Shown in pieces: positions 1-9,699 of a stretch of DNA of 64,000 nt. Under the pieces are notes generated by a model. It was not told where the DNA came from. It ran no database searches and saw only the letters and a program-made list of their open reading frames with translations. A program made the position numbers and the translations under genes. Where the stretch lies: NCBI GenBank assembly GCA_965205485.1, contig OZ242180.1, forward strand, positions 544,001 through 608,000, read 5' to 3'. This DNA comes from Candidatus Latescibacterota bacterium. GTDB taxonomy: Bacteria > Latescibacterota > UBA2968 > GCA-2709665. Positions within the stretch are counted from its first letter, which is position 1, and every line of letters begins with the position of its first letter.

Positions 1-1041
1 AGACGGGAGCCCTTCGTTCAGCCACATCTCACGATTCCTGCTCACCAGTATCACGCCGAAATTCGTGATCATGTTGTTTTCGTTATTCCGCGGTCGCTGG
101 CAAAGACCGCCCGGATTGTGTTCATCCATCAGGACCTCCCGCATCTCCCGCAGCGTGAGCGATTTCCCACCGTTTCCGAATCTCGCGTAGAGGTAAGCGA
201 TCCGGTTCAACGAATTCTGAAAATACCGTGTGCTGATGAACCCGGGATCCCATTTCCAGCCCACCGCCTGCATTTCCTTGCTGAAATAGTGGTTCGTGGA
301 GAACACGACCCCGTGCTCCGGACCCCGTACGCCGTTCATGTCGCAGGCGTTTTCCGTAGCGGCCGCGTTCCCCTCCACATCCGCCATCACAATGTTGATG
401 CCCTTGCCGGTCAGCGTCGTCCGCCTCAGCAGATCGACGGCTTCCTTGACGTTCGCACACCGCTGTAACACGAGGCGCGGGGCGATGTGCTGGGGCACAC
501 CGGACCCGTCCTGCGCCTTCATTGTGGGATGACCGGAGTTCGTCCCGATGCAGAGCCCCGCTTCGTTTACGCCGCATTCGGTCCACACCGTCCCGATCTG
601 GTTGACGCACAAAACGTCGTACCCCTCGTCCGTACGTGTCGTCAGGATCGTCAGACCCCCGAGGCGGTCCGAATCCGGGCGAAAACTCCCGTCGTCGGTC
701 TTGCCGAGGATGGGCCCCACGTCGCTGGCGGCAAACGCAACGCTGCTGCAGGCGAGATCGTCGGCCATCGCGGGACCGACGGCGTTATAGGTACTTTTGT
801 AGAACGCTTCCTCGTCGGATATCTCCGCCCCTCGCGCGATGCCGCGAATCTCCTCGATGATCTCAGGGAATTCAGCCTGCAGATGCCCGCGCATCGCCTC
901 CGTCAGCGCGGCCTGCCGGGTACGCACTTCGCTGATCCCTGAAAAAAGGGGGAGACTTCCTCGAATCTCCGCCCTGAACCGGCGGCCGATCTGCTCCCCA
1001 CGCTGAAAAGGCGGCCCCTTCACTTCAAATTCGGGAATCAT
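1..1041 (-). CDS. C45 family autoproteolytic acyltransferase/hydrolase (Ntn hydrolase), 3' end outside window
   Basis: Not in the ORF track (no stop in window). Hand translation from ATG 1041 (GGAG RBS): MIPEFEVKGPPFQRGEQIG...EIIEEIRGIARGA...DLACSSVAF...ILGKTDD...CGVNEAGLCIGTN...STNHY, typical C45 motifs including the nucleophile Cys. Confidence 0.8.
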   Translation of the reverse strand, partial: MIPEFEVKGPPFQRGEQIGRRFRAEIRGSLPLFSGISEVRTRQAALTEAMRGHLQAEFPEIIEEIRGIARGAEISDEEAFYKSTYNAVGPAMADDLACSSVAFAASDVGPILGKTDDGSFRPDSDRLGGLTILTTRTDEGYDVLCVNQIGTVWTECGVNEAGLCIGTNSGHPTMKAQDGSGVPQHIAPRLVLQRCANVKEAVDLLRRTTLTGKGINIVMADVEGNAAATENACDMNGVRGPEHGVVFSTNHYFSKEMQAVGWKWDPGFISTRYFQNSLNRIAYLYARFGNGGKSLTLREMREVLMDEHNPGGLCQRPRNNENNMITNFGVILVSRNREMWLNEGLPS

Positions 1042-2695
1042 CGTTTGCTCCCGTGACTGTGCAGGTCGTTCTCCGGGGCAGGTCCGCCGCAACCCGGATC
1101 TTGTGCGCATACTCGAACAGGCGCCGGAAACGCCGGACCGTCTTCTCCCGGCCCGATGCGTCGCGGACCTCCACGAAGAGGGGGCCGCGGGTGATCTGAT
1201 GCGTGGACCACGCCCACAGAAAACCGGCAAAGGAAATCCGGCTGCCGAAAAGCTCCTTGATCTCGTGATGATTGGAAAGCGCTCTCGACCCGGGGTCCGT
1301 ATCAACCTGGTGGATGTGATATCCCAGGATTCGCCGCCCGAGGCTGGCATACCAGTCGCCGAGGGGTTGCAGATTGTCCAGATCGCCCCCGTTGTTGCGC
1401 GCGTGGCCCACGTCCAACAACGCGCCTACCCTTGCATCGGGAATTTCTCTCATATCCGCTGCCACCGCGTCAATCCATCTCAGGTACTCGTCGATCCGGG
1501 TGGCGAATTCCCGCTCCGGCGAGTCCGAAGGCGTATCGGCGGGATTGTGGATGTTCTCAATCGCGATCCCCACGCCGGCGCCGGCCGCTTCTCCAAATAA
1601 ACTCGCGAAAGCTGCCACGAAATCCAGGAAACATCCGGTGGGTTCCGGTCGATCTTCCCGAACGCGCTCCATTGCGCCGGCGCTCGCCCTGGGGACGTGA
1701 ACCGTCAAGCTGTCCGCGCCCGCCGCCAACGCGCAATCCACGTGCGCCCGGACTATTTCCGCGCCCTCGACGCGTCCGGTACCTGAATTCCATTTGAGAT
1801 CGGGCAGATGATAGGACAGATACAAAGGACCCCGATTTCGAAGATCACGAAGCGATCCGGAAAGCGCGCGTCGTGAAAAATCGAGGTCCACCGGCCGGAT
1901 TTCGAGGCAGGGCAGGCCGGAAACCAGGGTCTCCCCCGCCGCCATTACCGGATCGCCCTGAATCGACCATCCGACGGGCAGCATTCCATTCGGCAGGTCC
2001 GCGGGCAGCAGCCGGATCGCGGGCGACCAGGGGATGAATATCTCCGTCCAGGCTCCCTTTCGAATGCTCTCGAAAAGGTTGATCCCCGGAAGGTCTCCGA
2101 TCGCCTTGTCCGGATCCAGCCCGCGGACCACGGCCTCGACGAAGCCGTTTTCCTGCCTGGTCCGTTGGACGTGGCTGTGCCCCGCGACGAGAAGCTCAAT
2201 GCCGTTCTCGGAGAGCCAGCGCGAAAGCCACGCCCGGGACTCTCCGTCCATCCTGTCCAGCGGATAGTGGGTGATGACCAGGCGCCGCGGTGCGCGGCTG
2301 CCCCGTAGGCTCCGGTTCAGCCAGGAGCGCTCTTCGTCAGGAAGACTTCCGGTCGACGTATCGGGCAGGAGAACGAGCAGGTCGCCGAACACGGCCGCAC
2401 GGCGTTCGGGCGACGCCAGGGTTTCGAACTCCGACATTGCGTCCCCGCCCCGCCGTTCCGCGTTTCCCGGGGTGAAGAGAACCGGGACTTCGACTTGGTC
2501 CAGCGCCTCCAGGCAGCGTGCGGCCGAGACGGCCGTTGCAAAAGTCGTGACGTCTCCGGCCACAGCCAGGAAATCCGGCCTCTCCCGGTTCACCCGGTCG
2601 ACAGCCCACTGAAGCGCCTGATAGGCAGCCGTATCCGGGTTGTCCGAAAGATGGAGGTCGGCAAGCAGAACAAATCGATGCGCACGCTGGGTCAT
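1025..2695 (-). CDS. Metallophosphoesterase fused to a xylose-isomerase-like/AP-endonuclease-2 TIM barrel
   Basis: N-terminal DLH, GD, GNAE, H, GHSH motifs; C-terminal IAIENI, LLDVGHA, YHIHQ, FVEV motifs. Confidence 0.7.
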   Translation of the reverse strand: MTQRAHRFVLLADLHLSDNPDTAAYQALQWAVDRVNRERPDFLAVAGDVTTFATAVSAARCLEALDQVEVPVLFTPGNAERRGGDAMSEFETLASPERRAAVFGDLLVLLPDTSTGSLPDEERSWLNRSLRGSRAPRRLVITHYPLDRMDGESRAWLSRWLSENGIELLVAGHSHVQRTRQENGFVEAVVRGLDPDKAIGDLPGINLFESIRKGAWTEIFIPWSPAIRLLPADLPNGMLPVGWSIQGDPVMAAGETLVSGLPCLEIRPVDLDFSRRALSGSLRDLRNRGPLYLSYHLPDLKWNSGTGRVEGAEIVRAHVDCALAAGADSLTVHVPRASAGAMERVREDRPEPTGCFLDFVAAFASLFGEAAGAGVGIAIENIHNPADTPSDSPEREFATRIDEYLRWIDAVAADMREIPDARVGALLDVGHARNNGGDLDNLQPLGDWYASLGRRILGYHIHQVDTDPGSRALSNHHEIKELFGSRISFAGFLWAWSTHQITRGPLFVEVRDASGREKTVRRFRRLFEYAHKIRVAADLPRRTTCTVTGANDDSRI

Positions 2696-2729
2696 ATCGG
2701 GTATTTTCTCACACCGGTTATCCGATAAA

Positions 2730-3467
2730 TTAGTTCACGTATTTGTGGCGGCCCGGATTTCCTCGTGCGAGATAGAGACGGAGCCCGTCCCAGTCGAACC
2801 CGGACGGAGAAACGAACGTGCGGTCGATTTCGGCATGGGTGGAGATGTATTTCAACGTTATGCCGCAACGCCGCCGGGACGACCTGTTGGGATTGGATCC
2901 GTGCAGAATCCAGGGATCGTGAACGGAATACTCACCCGCGCGCAACTGTACGTCTCTTGCGTTCGAAAGATCCAGGTTTTCCAGTGACATCGGCAGCGTC
3001 GTGCCGGAATCGAGATCCACCGTGTGCAACAGGACGGCCTGCTTCCGGTGGGTACCGGGAAGCACCCGCATGCAGCCGTTCTCTTCGTCGGAATCGTCCA
3101 CCGCCAGCCAGAGCGTGAACGTATCCATGGGCTCGATTGGAAAAAACGCGGCATCCTGATGCCATTCTACCGCCAGGCCGTCGTCCGGGCGTTTGCTGAT
3201 CACGTAGGAGGTGAACAGCGCAACGTCCGGCCCAACGATCTGCGCCGCCACGTCGATGAGACTGTCGCTCAGGAAGAGATCGCGAAGGTACTCGTTTTCG
3301 TAGTGGAGCGACGGCATGTTCTCGGGCCGCCGGTCCGGGGGAAGACTGTCGATAATGGAATCCAGTTCGCCCCGCAGCCTTGCAAGTTCGATGTCATCGA
3401 GAATCCGTCCGCCGGCGGCATAGCCCTCGTTGCGGTACTGTTTGAGTTGGGCGTTGGTGAGCGACAT
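2730..3467 (-). CDS. Phytanoyl-CoA dioxygenase (PhyH) family Fe/2-oxoglutarate oxygenase
   Basis: WHQD, WLAVDD..EENGCMRVLPGTH, HGSNPNRS..RR; start at MSLTNAQ. Confidence 0.85.
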   Translation of the reverse strand: MSLTNAQLKQYRNEGYAAGGRILDDIELARLRGELDSIIDSLPPDRRPENMPSLHYENEYLRDLFLSDSLIDVAAQIVGPDVALFTSYVISKRPDDGLAVEWHQDAAFFPIEPMDTFTLWLAVDDSDEENGCMRVLPGTHRKQAVLLHTVDLDSGTTLPMSLENLDLSNARDVQLRAGEYSVHDPWILHGSNPNRSSRRRCGITLKYISTHAEIDRTFVSPSGFDWDGLRLYLARGNPGRHKYVN

Positions 3468-3526
3468 AGTGCTTCCCTTTTGCGTTTCCGTTTGCATCTG
3501 GTCTTGAATCGCGCCAATTCGCAGTC

Positions 3527-5659
3527 CTAGGCGCCCGGCTTCTTCGAGACCTGAAGGTACCTTGTAATCAACTTTTCGTAAATGCCGACGAAATCCGATC
3601 GACCGTTGTGCAGATTATAGAAATAACACATCGGGTTTGGATTGATTTCGATCACGTGGAATCCCGCTGACGACCGAATCACATCGATTGCAAAGAAACC
3701 CAGCTCGATCACGGCCGATACGCTCGCCGTCAACCGCGACAGCGCCTCGATCAGTTCAGGCGCATCCTCCGGCCTTGCAAATCCGGTCGGCCGGTGCAGC
3801 GGATTCAACTCGCTGCACGGCGCTTCGCAGACTTTCTCGTAGGCCAGCAGCAATTCATCCCGGGCGGCGACGATCCGATACTCCGGCCCGCTGACGTGCT
3901 CCTGAACCAGCACCAAGTTATCCAGGAATCCGCTGTTTTCGAACAACGTCCGCAGACGTCTCTTCAGGTCGCTCCGCTCTCTCTCCAGGAATACGCCCTG
4001 GGCAAGCGACCCCGTGTTCCGCTTGACAACGACGGGAAAGGTAAACCGGCGCTCAACGTCCTCAACCACCGCATCGACGGACGCATGGGTGCGGTAACGC
4101 GAGAACCGTTCGTCCGAAAATGGATTGAAGGCCACCATGGTTTCAGGAACCGGAAGCCCGGCCCGCGTAAACAACTCGTACTGGTATGCCTTGTCCTCCG
4201 CCAGGCGGGCCGCCACGTAGTCGTTGAACGGATGCCTGTTGCGCAGAAAGTAGACCGGCCCGCGTCCTGGCGGCCGGATACGGAACAGATTTCCGTCATC
4301 CGATGCCGCTTCAATCCGAAGGTCCAGGTTTGCGCAGGCTTTCGCGAGGCACGCGAGACTCTCCTTGTGCAGATCTTCCCCGAACCCGTCCCGATCGCAT
4401 GGCAGCCCCAATGCTTCCCGCGCCCTGCCAATGAGATGCAGCGATCCCATGATACAGACGGGATTGTCCTCCCGCAACCCTGCGCGTCCGAGCGCCTCCA
4501 CGACGTCCTGCGCGCAACAGGCGGAAAGCCCCGCGGGAAGGCTCTGCCGCAACACGTCGACAGCGAGGGCTTTCGGGTGGTCGGATCTCGTCAAGACCAC
4601 TTTTTTTGCCAGCGGCCGGATCGCCACGAGTATCCCCGCGGCGTCGTGACCCGCGCTCACCCCCACGACGAACGTCCACTGCTTCGACAACCTGACCAGA
4701 TCGCCCGCGAGGGCCGCGGCGCCGGAAGGGTTGTGTGCACCATCCAGCACGACCAGTGGCGATCGCCGGGCCACCTCGAACCTGCCCGGCAGATCGAGAG
4801 CGGTCAGGGCATCGCTGATCCGGGCATCCGTAAGGTCCTTTCCCATAAGATGGCGCCCGACCGCGATCGCCAGCCGGGCGTTCTTCCGGAATACGGACCC
4901 GCGGTCCGATACCTCCTGATGTGGGGATTGCGACCATGTGCGGCAACAATCGCCGTCCGTTTCGCCGCCGACAATGCGCAGATCCACGCTCCGTTCACGG
5001 CACTCGCGACGCAACAACGCGAGCACTTCAGGTTTCTGTGTGACAGGTGTGAAGAGCGGTCTGCCGGCACGGGCGATTTCGAGCTTGTCCAGCGCGATCG
5101 CCTCCACCGTATCGCCCAATACTTCGGTATGATCGAGATCGATCGACGTGAGGACGGACACACCGGCATCCCAGGCGTTGGTTGCGTCCAACCTGCCGCC
5201 CAGCCCAACCTCGAATACGCCGAATTCGACGCCGGCATGCGCGAATGCGGATGCCGCCAGCGCCGTCAACGCCTCGAACCGGGTGTAGGAACCGTATCCC
5301 TCCCGTTCGAATCCGCGCGTACGATCGTAAAGGTCTGAGACCCTCTGCGCCCATTCGTCCTTGTCCAGAATCCGGCCGTCGATCCGGATGCGTTCGCGGA
5401 TCGTGTGCAGGTGCGGTGACGAGTAGATACCGGTCCGGCGGCCGCATGCCTGCAGCAGGGCGGCCAGGACGCTCGCCACCGTACCCTTGCCGTTCGTACC
5501 GCCCACGATGACCGACGCAAAGTCCTTCTGTGGGTTTCCCATCCGGCGCAACAGAACCCGCATCCGGGGCAGATAGTCCTCCGGCGAACCCGCCGCCGTC
5601 CCGTCCCGTTCCCAATCCTGCAGCGTATTCAGATAGCGTTTGGCGCGAAAGTAATCCAT
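3527..5659 (-). CDS. folC: FolC-like folylpolyglutamate/dihydrofolate synthase fused to a C-terminal ATP-grasp domain
   Basis: GTNGKGT, YSSPHL..IRERI, EVGLGGRLDATN, PGRFE, LDGAHN, GSLHL; then EDKAYQYELF..AGLPVPET, FPVVVK, VQEHV..EYRI, IDVI..VIEINPNP. Start moved to MDYFR because the ORF-track start runs through the rpmB terminator. Confidence 0.8.
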   Translation of the reverse strand: MDYFRAKRYLNTLQDWERDGTAAGSPEDYLPRMRVLLRRMGNPQKDFASVIVGGTNGKGTVASVLAALLQACGRRTGIYSSPHLHTIRERIRIDGRILDKDEWAQRVSDLYDRTRGFEREGYGSYTRFEALTALAASAFAHAGVEFGVFEVGLGGRLDATNAWDAGVSVLTSIDLDHTEVLGDTVEAIALDKLEIARAGRPLFTPVTQKPEVLALLRRECRERSVDLRIVGGETDGDCCRTWSQSPHQEVSDRGSVFRKNARLAIAVGRHLMGKDLTDARISDALTALDLPGRFEVARRSPLVVLDGAHNPSGAAALAGDLVRLSKQWTFVVGVSAGHDAAGILVAIRPLAKKVVLTRSDHPKALAVDVLRQSLPAGLSACCAQDVVEALGRAGLREDNPVCIMGSLHLIGRAREALGLPCDRDGFGEDLHKESLACLAKACANLDLRIEAASDDGNLFRIRPPGRGPVYFLRNRHPFNDYVAARLAEDKAYQYELFTRAGLPVPETMVAFNPFSDERFSRYRTHASVDAVVEDVERRFTFPVVVKRNTGSLAQGVFLERERSDLKRRLRTLFENSGFLDNLVLVQEHVSGPEYRIVAARDELLLAYEKVCEAPCSELNPLHRPTGFARPEDAPELIEALSRLTASVSAVIELGFFAIDVIRSSAGFHVIEINPNPMCYFYNLHNGRSDFVGIYEKLITRYLQVSKKPGA

Positions 5660-5748
5660 CCAGACAGAGTCCCCGTCCGTAACGTCAGGTCCGATTTCGG
5701 CACCTTGCATGCGGGGTTGGCGCGAGGAGGCCGACCCGCCGGTAACAT

Positions 5749-5784
5749 AAAAAAAACCCACCTGGAAACAAAAGGTGAGTTTTT
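5749..5784 (-). terminator. Rho-independent terminator after rpmB
   Basis: Minus-strand hairpin AAAACTCACCT/AGGTGGGTTTT followed by a T run. Confidence 0.65.
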
Positions 5785-5865
5785 CCGGTCCTGCATCCCC
5801 GTTCGGCGCCTCCCCGACGCATTGCAGGGAATCCACGGGGGACGTCTGACGACGTCGGCTGTTCC

Positions 5866-6057
5866 TTACGCGGCCTTGTTTACTCGGCCGAGCTTGATGC
5901 ACTTCGTGCAGACCTTGATCCTTCTGACCGTACCGTCCACCAGCACACGCACACGCCTGAGATTCGGATTGAACCTCCGCTTCTTTTTATTGTTGGCGTG
6001 ACTGACGTGGTTGCCGACCATCGGGCCCTTTCCGCAAATGTCACATCTGGCAGCCAT
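5866..6057 (-). CDS. rpmB: 50S ribosomal protein L28 (zinc-binding CxxC..CxxC form)
   Basis: [33 protein letters not shown]...VCTKCIK. Confidence 0.97.
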   Translation of the reverse strand: MAARCDICGKGPMVGNHVSHANNKKKRRFNPNLRRVRVLVDGTVRRIKVCTKCIKLGRVNKAA

Positions 6058-6350
6058 CTCCAGTACCTCCGGAATTCCTTTATTGTATTCGCTCTGTCAT
6101 CTTGAAGTTGAAACCGATTCGCGCCCGCATCCCCCTGCGCCGTCCGAAAAACGACGAGACGCCCCGGTGGCGCGCTGCATCCAACACAACAAATATACCT
6201 GTCAGACGTCACTTGTCAAGAAAGAACACTGATCCGGATCCCTTCCAGCGACTCGGAATCCCTGCCGGGAGCACCGACCATTCCACGCGTGCGGGCGGAC
6301 ATTTCGCGGGTTGCGTCTTGCTCCCGGCGCCCGGAGTACCTGGAGGCCGG

Positions 6351-7577
6351 TCACCGTGGATGCCGATCGGATGTACGGAATCGAATGAACCAGAGGTCGA
6401 CTTCCGGAAGCGTTCCGCTGCTGAAAACCGCGCATGGCTCGTCGGGTATCAGGCTTCCGCTGGCAGTTGTGATTCCATAGAGGAAGAAAGTATTCCTCAG
6501 TCCGTAATCCTCGAAGCCCTTCAGGACCACCGCGGACCAGCTTCGGCCGTCATCTTCGCCGCGGTACAGCCGGAGCGCGTTTCCTGCGGTGCTGGGCATC
6601 AACATACGTCCTCGCTCGTGCGGACTTTCGAAGGTCGCGGCGATTCCCGCGCTTCCGGTGAATACGGCCCTCCACCGGCGCAGATCGGGATCCCGCCGAT
6701 AGACGATCAGCCGGTTCCTCCCGTCGCCGGCCCGGCGCGTGGCTGTGACAAGCAATGCGCCGTCGGCCGCCCGCAGGATCGACTGGGCGAACGCCAGGTT
6801 CTGCCTGATGGGGTTGGCGTCAGCGACCACCTCCGTGACGGCTGACGCCGGGTCTCCATAGGGCACATACAGATAGTTGATCCGGTTGTAATACGGACTG
6901 AGATATGCGTTGTTACTAACGACGAGGTGAAAACCCTCGCCGTCCGGGACGATCAATGGATACAGCCACGTCGTCCACGGTTCCTTCGACCGCTGCTCCC
7001 GCGCCAGGACGAACGGCCCGGACCATGAACCGGAATCCAGGTCGATCCAGGCGACCTGAAAGGAATAGGACCCGGGTCTCCCGATATATCCGAGTACGAG
7101 CCGATCGCCATCCATGGCCGCACCGATATAACCGGCGCGATCCAGTCCGTCCGGCAGCGCGATCGGGGCGAATCCGCGCGGATCGCCGCGAAGGCGCTGA
7201 TGCAGAATCCGGGGGCCGGCGTCGCGACGTGCGTGGATGAGTACGAGACGCCGTCTTGAGTCCAGCAACACCATACCCGGCTGATGGTGGAGGCCCTCCC
7301 ATTCAAGGAAGGTCTCCCAGCCGTCTTCCGTACTCCGGTAGACGATCCCCCGGGCGACATCCTGTTGCCGGCCCCATCTACCCAGCGTATAAAAGTGATC
7401 CCCGTCGAACACCAGCTTCGGCGCGTTATAACCCCAATAGGGGCTGACCGATGCTTCTCCACTGTCGATGTGGTTCAGCTCGAAGTCCATTTCCGCCTCC
7501 TGCGCGGCCAGAGGCAGGACGCCTGCCAGAAGTACGAACCAGCCGCGGGAGATCCACTGAGTAATCAGATGTATCAT
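6351..7577 (-). CDS. Secreted hypothetical protein, BNR/sialidase-like beta-propeller
   Basis: Signal-peptide-like N-terminus (LLAGVLPLAAQE); Asp-box-like segments YRSTEDGW and GEDDGRSWS. Confidence 0.5.
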   Translation of the reverse strand: MIHLITQWISRGWFVLLAGVLPLAAQEAEMDFELNHIDSGEASVSPYWGYNAPKLVFDGDHFYTLGRWGRQQDVARGIVYRSTEDGWETFLEWEGLHHQPGMVLLDSRRRLVLIHARRDAGPRILHQRLRGDPRGFAPIALPDGLDRAGYIGAAMDGDRLVLGYIGRPGSYSFQVAWIDLDSGSWSGPFVLAREQRSKEPWTTWLYPLIVPDGEGFHLVVSNNAYLSPYYNRINYLYVPYGDPASAVTEVVADANPIRQNLAFAQSILRAADGALLVTATRRAGDGRNRLIVYRRDPDLRRWRAVFTGSAGIAATFESPHERGRMLMPSTAGNALRLYRGEDDGRSWSAVVLKGFEDYGLRNTFFLYGITTASGSLIPDEPCAVFSSGTLPEVDLWFIRFRTSDRHPR

Positions 7578-7714
7578 ACGCACTTCGAGGATCTGCAACC
7601 ATCTTCCGCTTGACAAAATCCGGCGCATCGACCATTTTTTTCCGTGAGCCCTGCGACGAAATCGTTCAGAAGCGATGGCGTCCGCCCGCCACCCGTCGTG
7701 ACCGGGAGTTCCTA

Positions 7715-9058
7715 ATGCCCTCGGTAAACCTCATAACGCTCGGATGTCCGAAGAATACGGTCGACTCGGAACGTATGCATCGTCTACTGGAATGCAACGA
7801 TTACGTGGTGGCCGAAGAACCCGATAACGCGGACATCATCGTCGTGAACACGTGCGGCTTCATCGAACCGGCCAAGGAGGAGTCCATCGCCACGGCGCTC
7901 GAAGCCGTTGACTACAAGGAGACCGGCAACTGCAAGGGTCTGATTCTCACCGGATGTCTGGCCGAACGCTATCGCGACGAACTCGAAGAGGAAATCCCCG
8001 AGGCCGACCTCGTCGTCGGGCTGGCCGGCGAACGCGAGATCGTCTCCCACTGCGACCGGCTGCTGGGAATCTCGCGTCCCCGGGTCTACCGTGACGAGGG
8101 CGCCCGTCACCTGCTCACCCCCGGTCACTGGGCCTACCTGCGCATCTCCGACGGCTGCGACCGGACCTGCGCCTTCTGCGCCATTCCCGGCATACGGGGC
8201 GCCAACCGCAGCGAGTCCATCGAGGTTCTGGTCGCCGAAGCATGGCGCATGGCCGCCGGCGGCGTGAAGGAGATCGCCCTGATCGCCCAGGATACGATGC
8301 GCTACGGCGCCGACCTCTACGGCCGTCCGCGGCTGGTCGACCTCCTGCGCGAACTCGTGCGCATCGACGGCCTCGAATGGATCCGCCTGCTCTACGCGTA
8401 CCCAACCGGCTGGCGGGACGACCTGATCGACCTCCTGGCGCGGGAGGAAAAGCTGTGCGCGTACGTGGATATGCCCATCCAGCATGCTTCCAATACAATG
8501 CTCAAAGCGATGAATCGCGGCGCCACGGTGGAGAACACGCGCGCGTTAATACAAAAACTCCGGGACCGGGTGCCCGGCCTGACGCTGCGCTCCTCCGTAA
8601 TCGCGGGTTTTCCCGGCGAACGTGAGGAACACGTACGGGAACTTCTGGAGTTCATCGAGGAGATCCGCTTCAACCGGCTGGTCGGCTTCCTGTACTCGCA
8701 CGAGGAAGGCACTCGCGCGGGTCTCCTCGAGGACGACGTGCCGGAGGTCGAAAAACGGGACCGGCTGGATCGTATCCTCAGCCTCCAGGCCGTAATCTCC
8801 TCCGAAATCACCTCCGGATACGTTGGCCGGAGTCTCCGCGTGCTGATTGACCGTCCCGCCGACGATCCTTCCAGCGACTATGTCGGTCGAACGCGAATGG
8901 ATGCTCCGGAGATCGATGGCGAAGTATTCGTTTCAGGCGAAGCGAAAATCGGCGAATTCACCGACGTCGAAATAACCGAAGCGCTCGATCACGACCTCAT
9001 CGGACGGTCGACGGCCGCCCCGCGCCTGCTGGATATCGCCGCGCCGGGGGCCCCATGA
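7715..9058 (+). CDS. rimO: Ribosomal protein S12 methylthiotransferase RimO
   Basis: LGCPKNTVDSE, NTCGFI, AYLRISDGCDRTCAFCAIP, C-terminal TRAM domain with DAPEIDG. Confidence 0.95.
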   Translation: MPSVNLITLGCPKNTVDSERMHRLLECNDYVVAEEPDNADIIVVNTCGFIEPAKEESIATALEAVDYKETGNCKGLILTGCLAERYRDELEEEIPEADLVVGLAGEREIVSHCDRLLGISRPRVYRDEGARHLLTPGHWAYLRISDGCDRTCAFCAIPGIRGANRSESIEVLVAEAWRMAAGGVKEIALIAQDTMRYGADLYGRPRLVDLLRELVRIDGLEWIRLLYAYPTGWRDDLIDLLAREEKLCAYVDMPIQHASNTMLKAMNRGATVENTRALIQKLRDRVPGLTLRSSVIAGFPGEREEHVRELLEFIEEIRFNRLVGFLYSHEEGTRAGLLEDDVPEVEKRDRLDRILSLQAVISSEITSGYVGRSLRVLIDRPADDPSSDYVGRTRMDAPEIDGEVFVSGEAKIGEFTDVEITEALDHDLIGRSTAAPRLLDIAAPGAP

Positions 9059-9540
9059 CCGTCATCGCCGCCATGGCCGACAATCGGGTAATCGGTAAAG
9101 ACAATGCGATGCCATGGCACGTCTCCGAGGAACTCCGGTGTTTCAAGCAGATCACAACCGGCGGCGTTCTCATCATGGGCCGCAGAACCTTTGAATCCAT
9201 CGGATGCAGGCCCCTGCCGAAACGTCCACACGTCATCGTCAGCCGTTCATTCCCGGAAACCGCCGGCATCGACGTCTGCCGCACTTTCGAAGCGGCGCTC
9301 GAAAAAGCCAGGTCCTACGGGAAGCCTGTGTTCAGCGCGGGCGGCGCCGAGATATACCGGCAGTCCATTCCCCTCGCGAATCGAATGTATCTCTCCCGGA
9401 TCAGGGGCGACTACGACGGCGACACCTGCTTCCCTGAATTCGACGAGAGCGAATGGCGACTGGCAAAGGAAGAAAAACGCGCCGAATTCACCCTGTGCGT
9501 CTACGAAAGGCGGACAGAAGCGGGGAGAGGGGAGACGTAA
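9055..9540 (+). CDS. folA: Dihydrofolate reductase
   Basis: IAAMADNRVIGKDNAMPW, IMGRRTFESIG, RPLPKR, GGAEIY, GDTCFP; ATGA overlap with rimO. Confidence 0.95.
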   Translation: MTVIAAMADNRVIGKDNAMPWHVSEELRCFKQITTGGVLIMGRRTFESIGCRPLPKRPHVIVSRSFPETAGIDVCRTFEAALEKARSYGKPVFSAGGAEIYRQSIPLANRMYLSRIRGDYDGDTCFPEFDESEWRLAKEEKRAEFTLCVYERRTEAGRGET

Positions 9541-9699
9541 GAGGGGAGAGATTGCCTGCCCTGTGAGGTTTCTTCTCTTGCCGAAGGCAAGCTGGAACAA
9601 AATATCAGGCAAGGATTTCTTCTCCCGGCTACCCTCTTCCGTCTAACCGTCTTCCGGCAACGCCTGACAGCCGAAGGCTTTTCCGGCAGGAATAATATA

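Noticed and set aside
3794..5338. Long antisense ORFs (also 24524-25876, 32818-33840, 35055-36338, 42201-43361, 47020-48501, 62988-63986)
   Set aside because: Opposite well-supported genes in GC-rich DNA and carry no motifs.
5660..5865. THF or ZTP riboswitch before folC, and the ORF-track N-terminal extension to 5902
   Set aside because: No riboswitch consensus recognised; the region holds the rpmB terminator and the extension overlaps rpmB.
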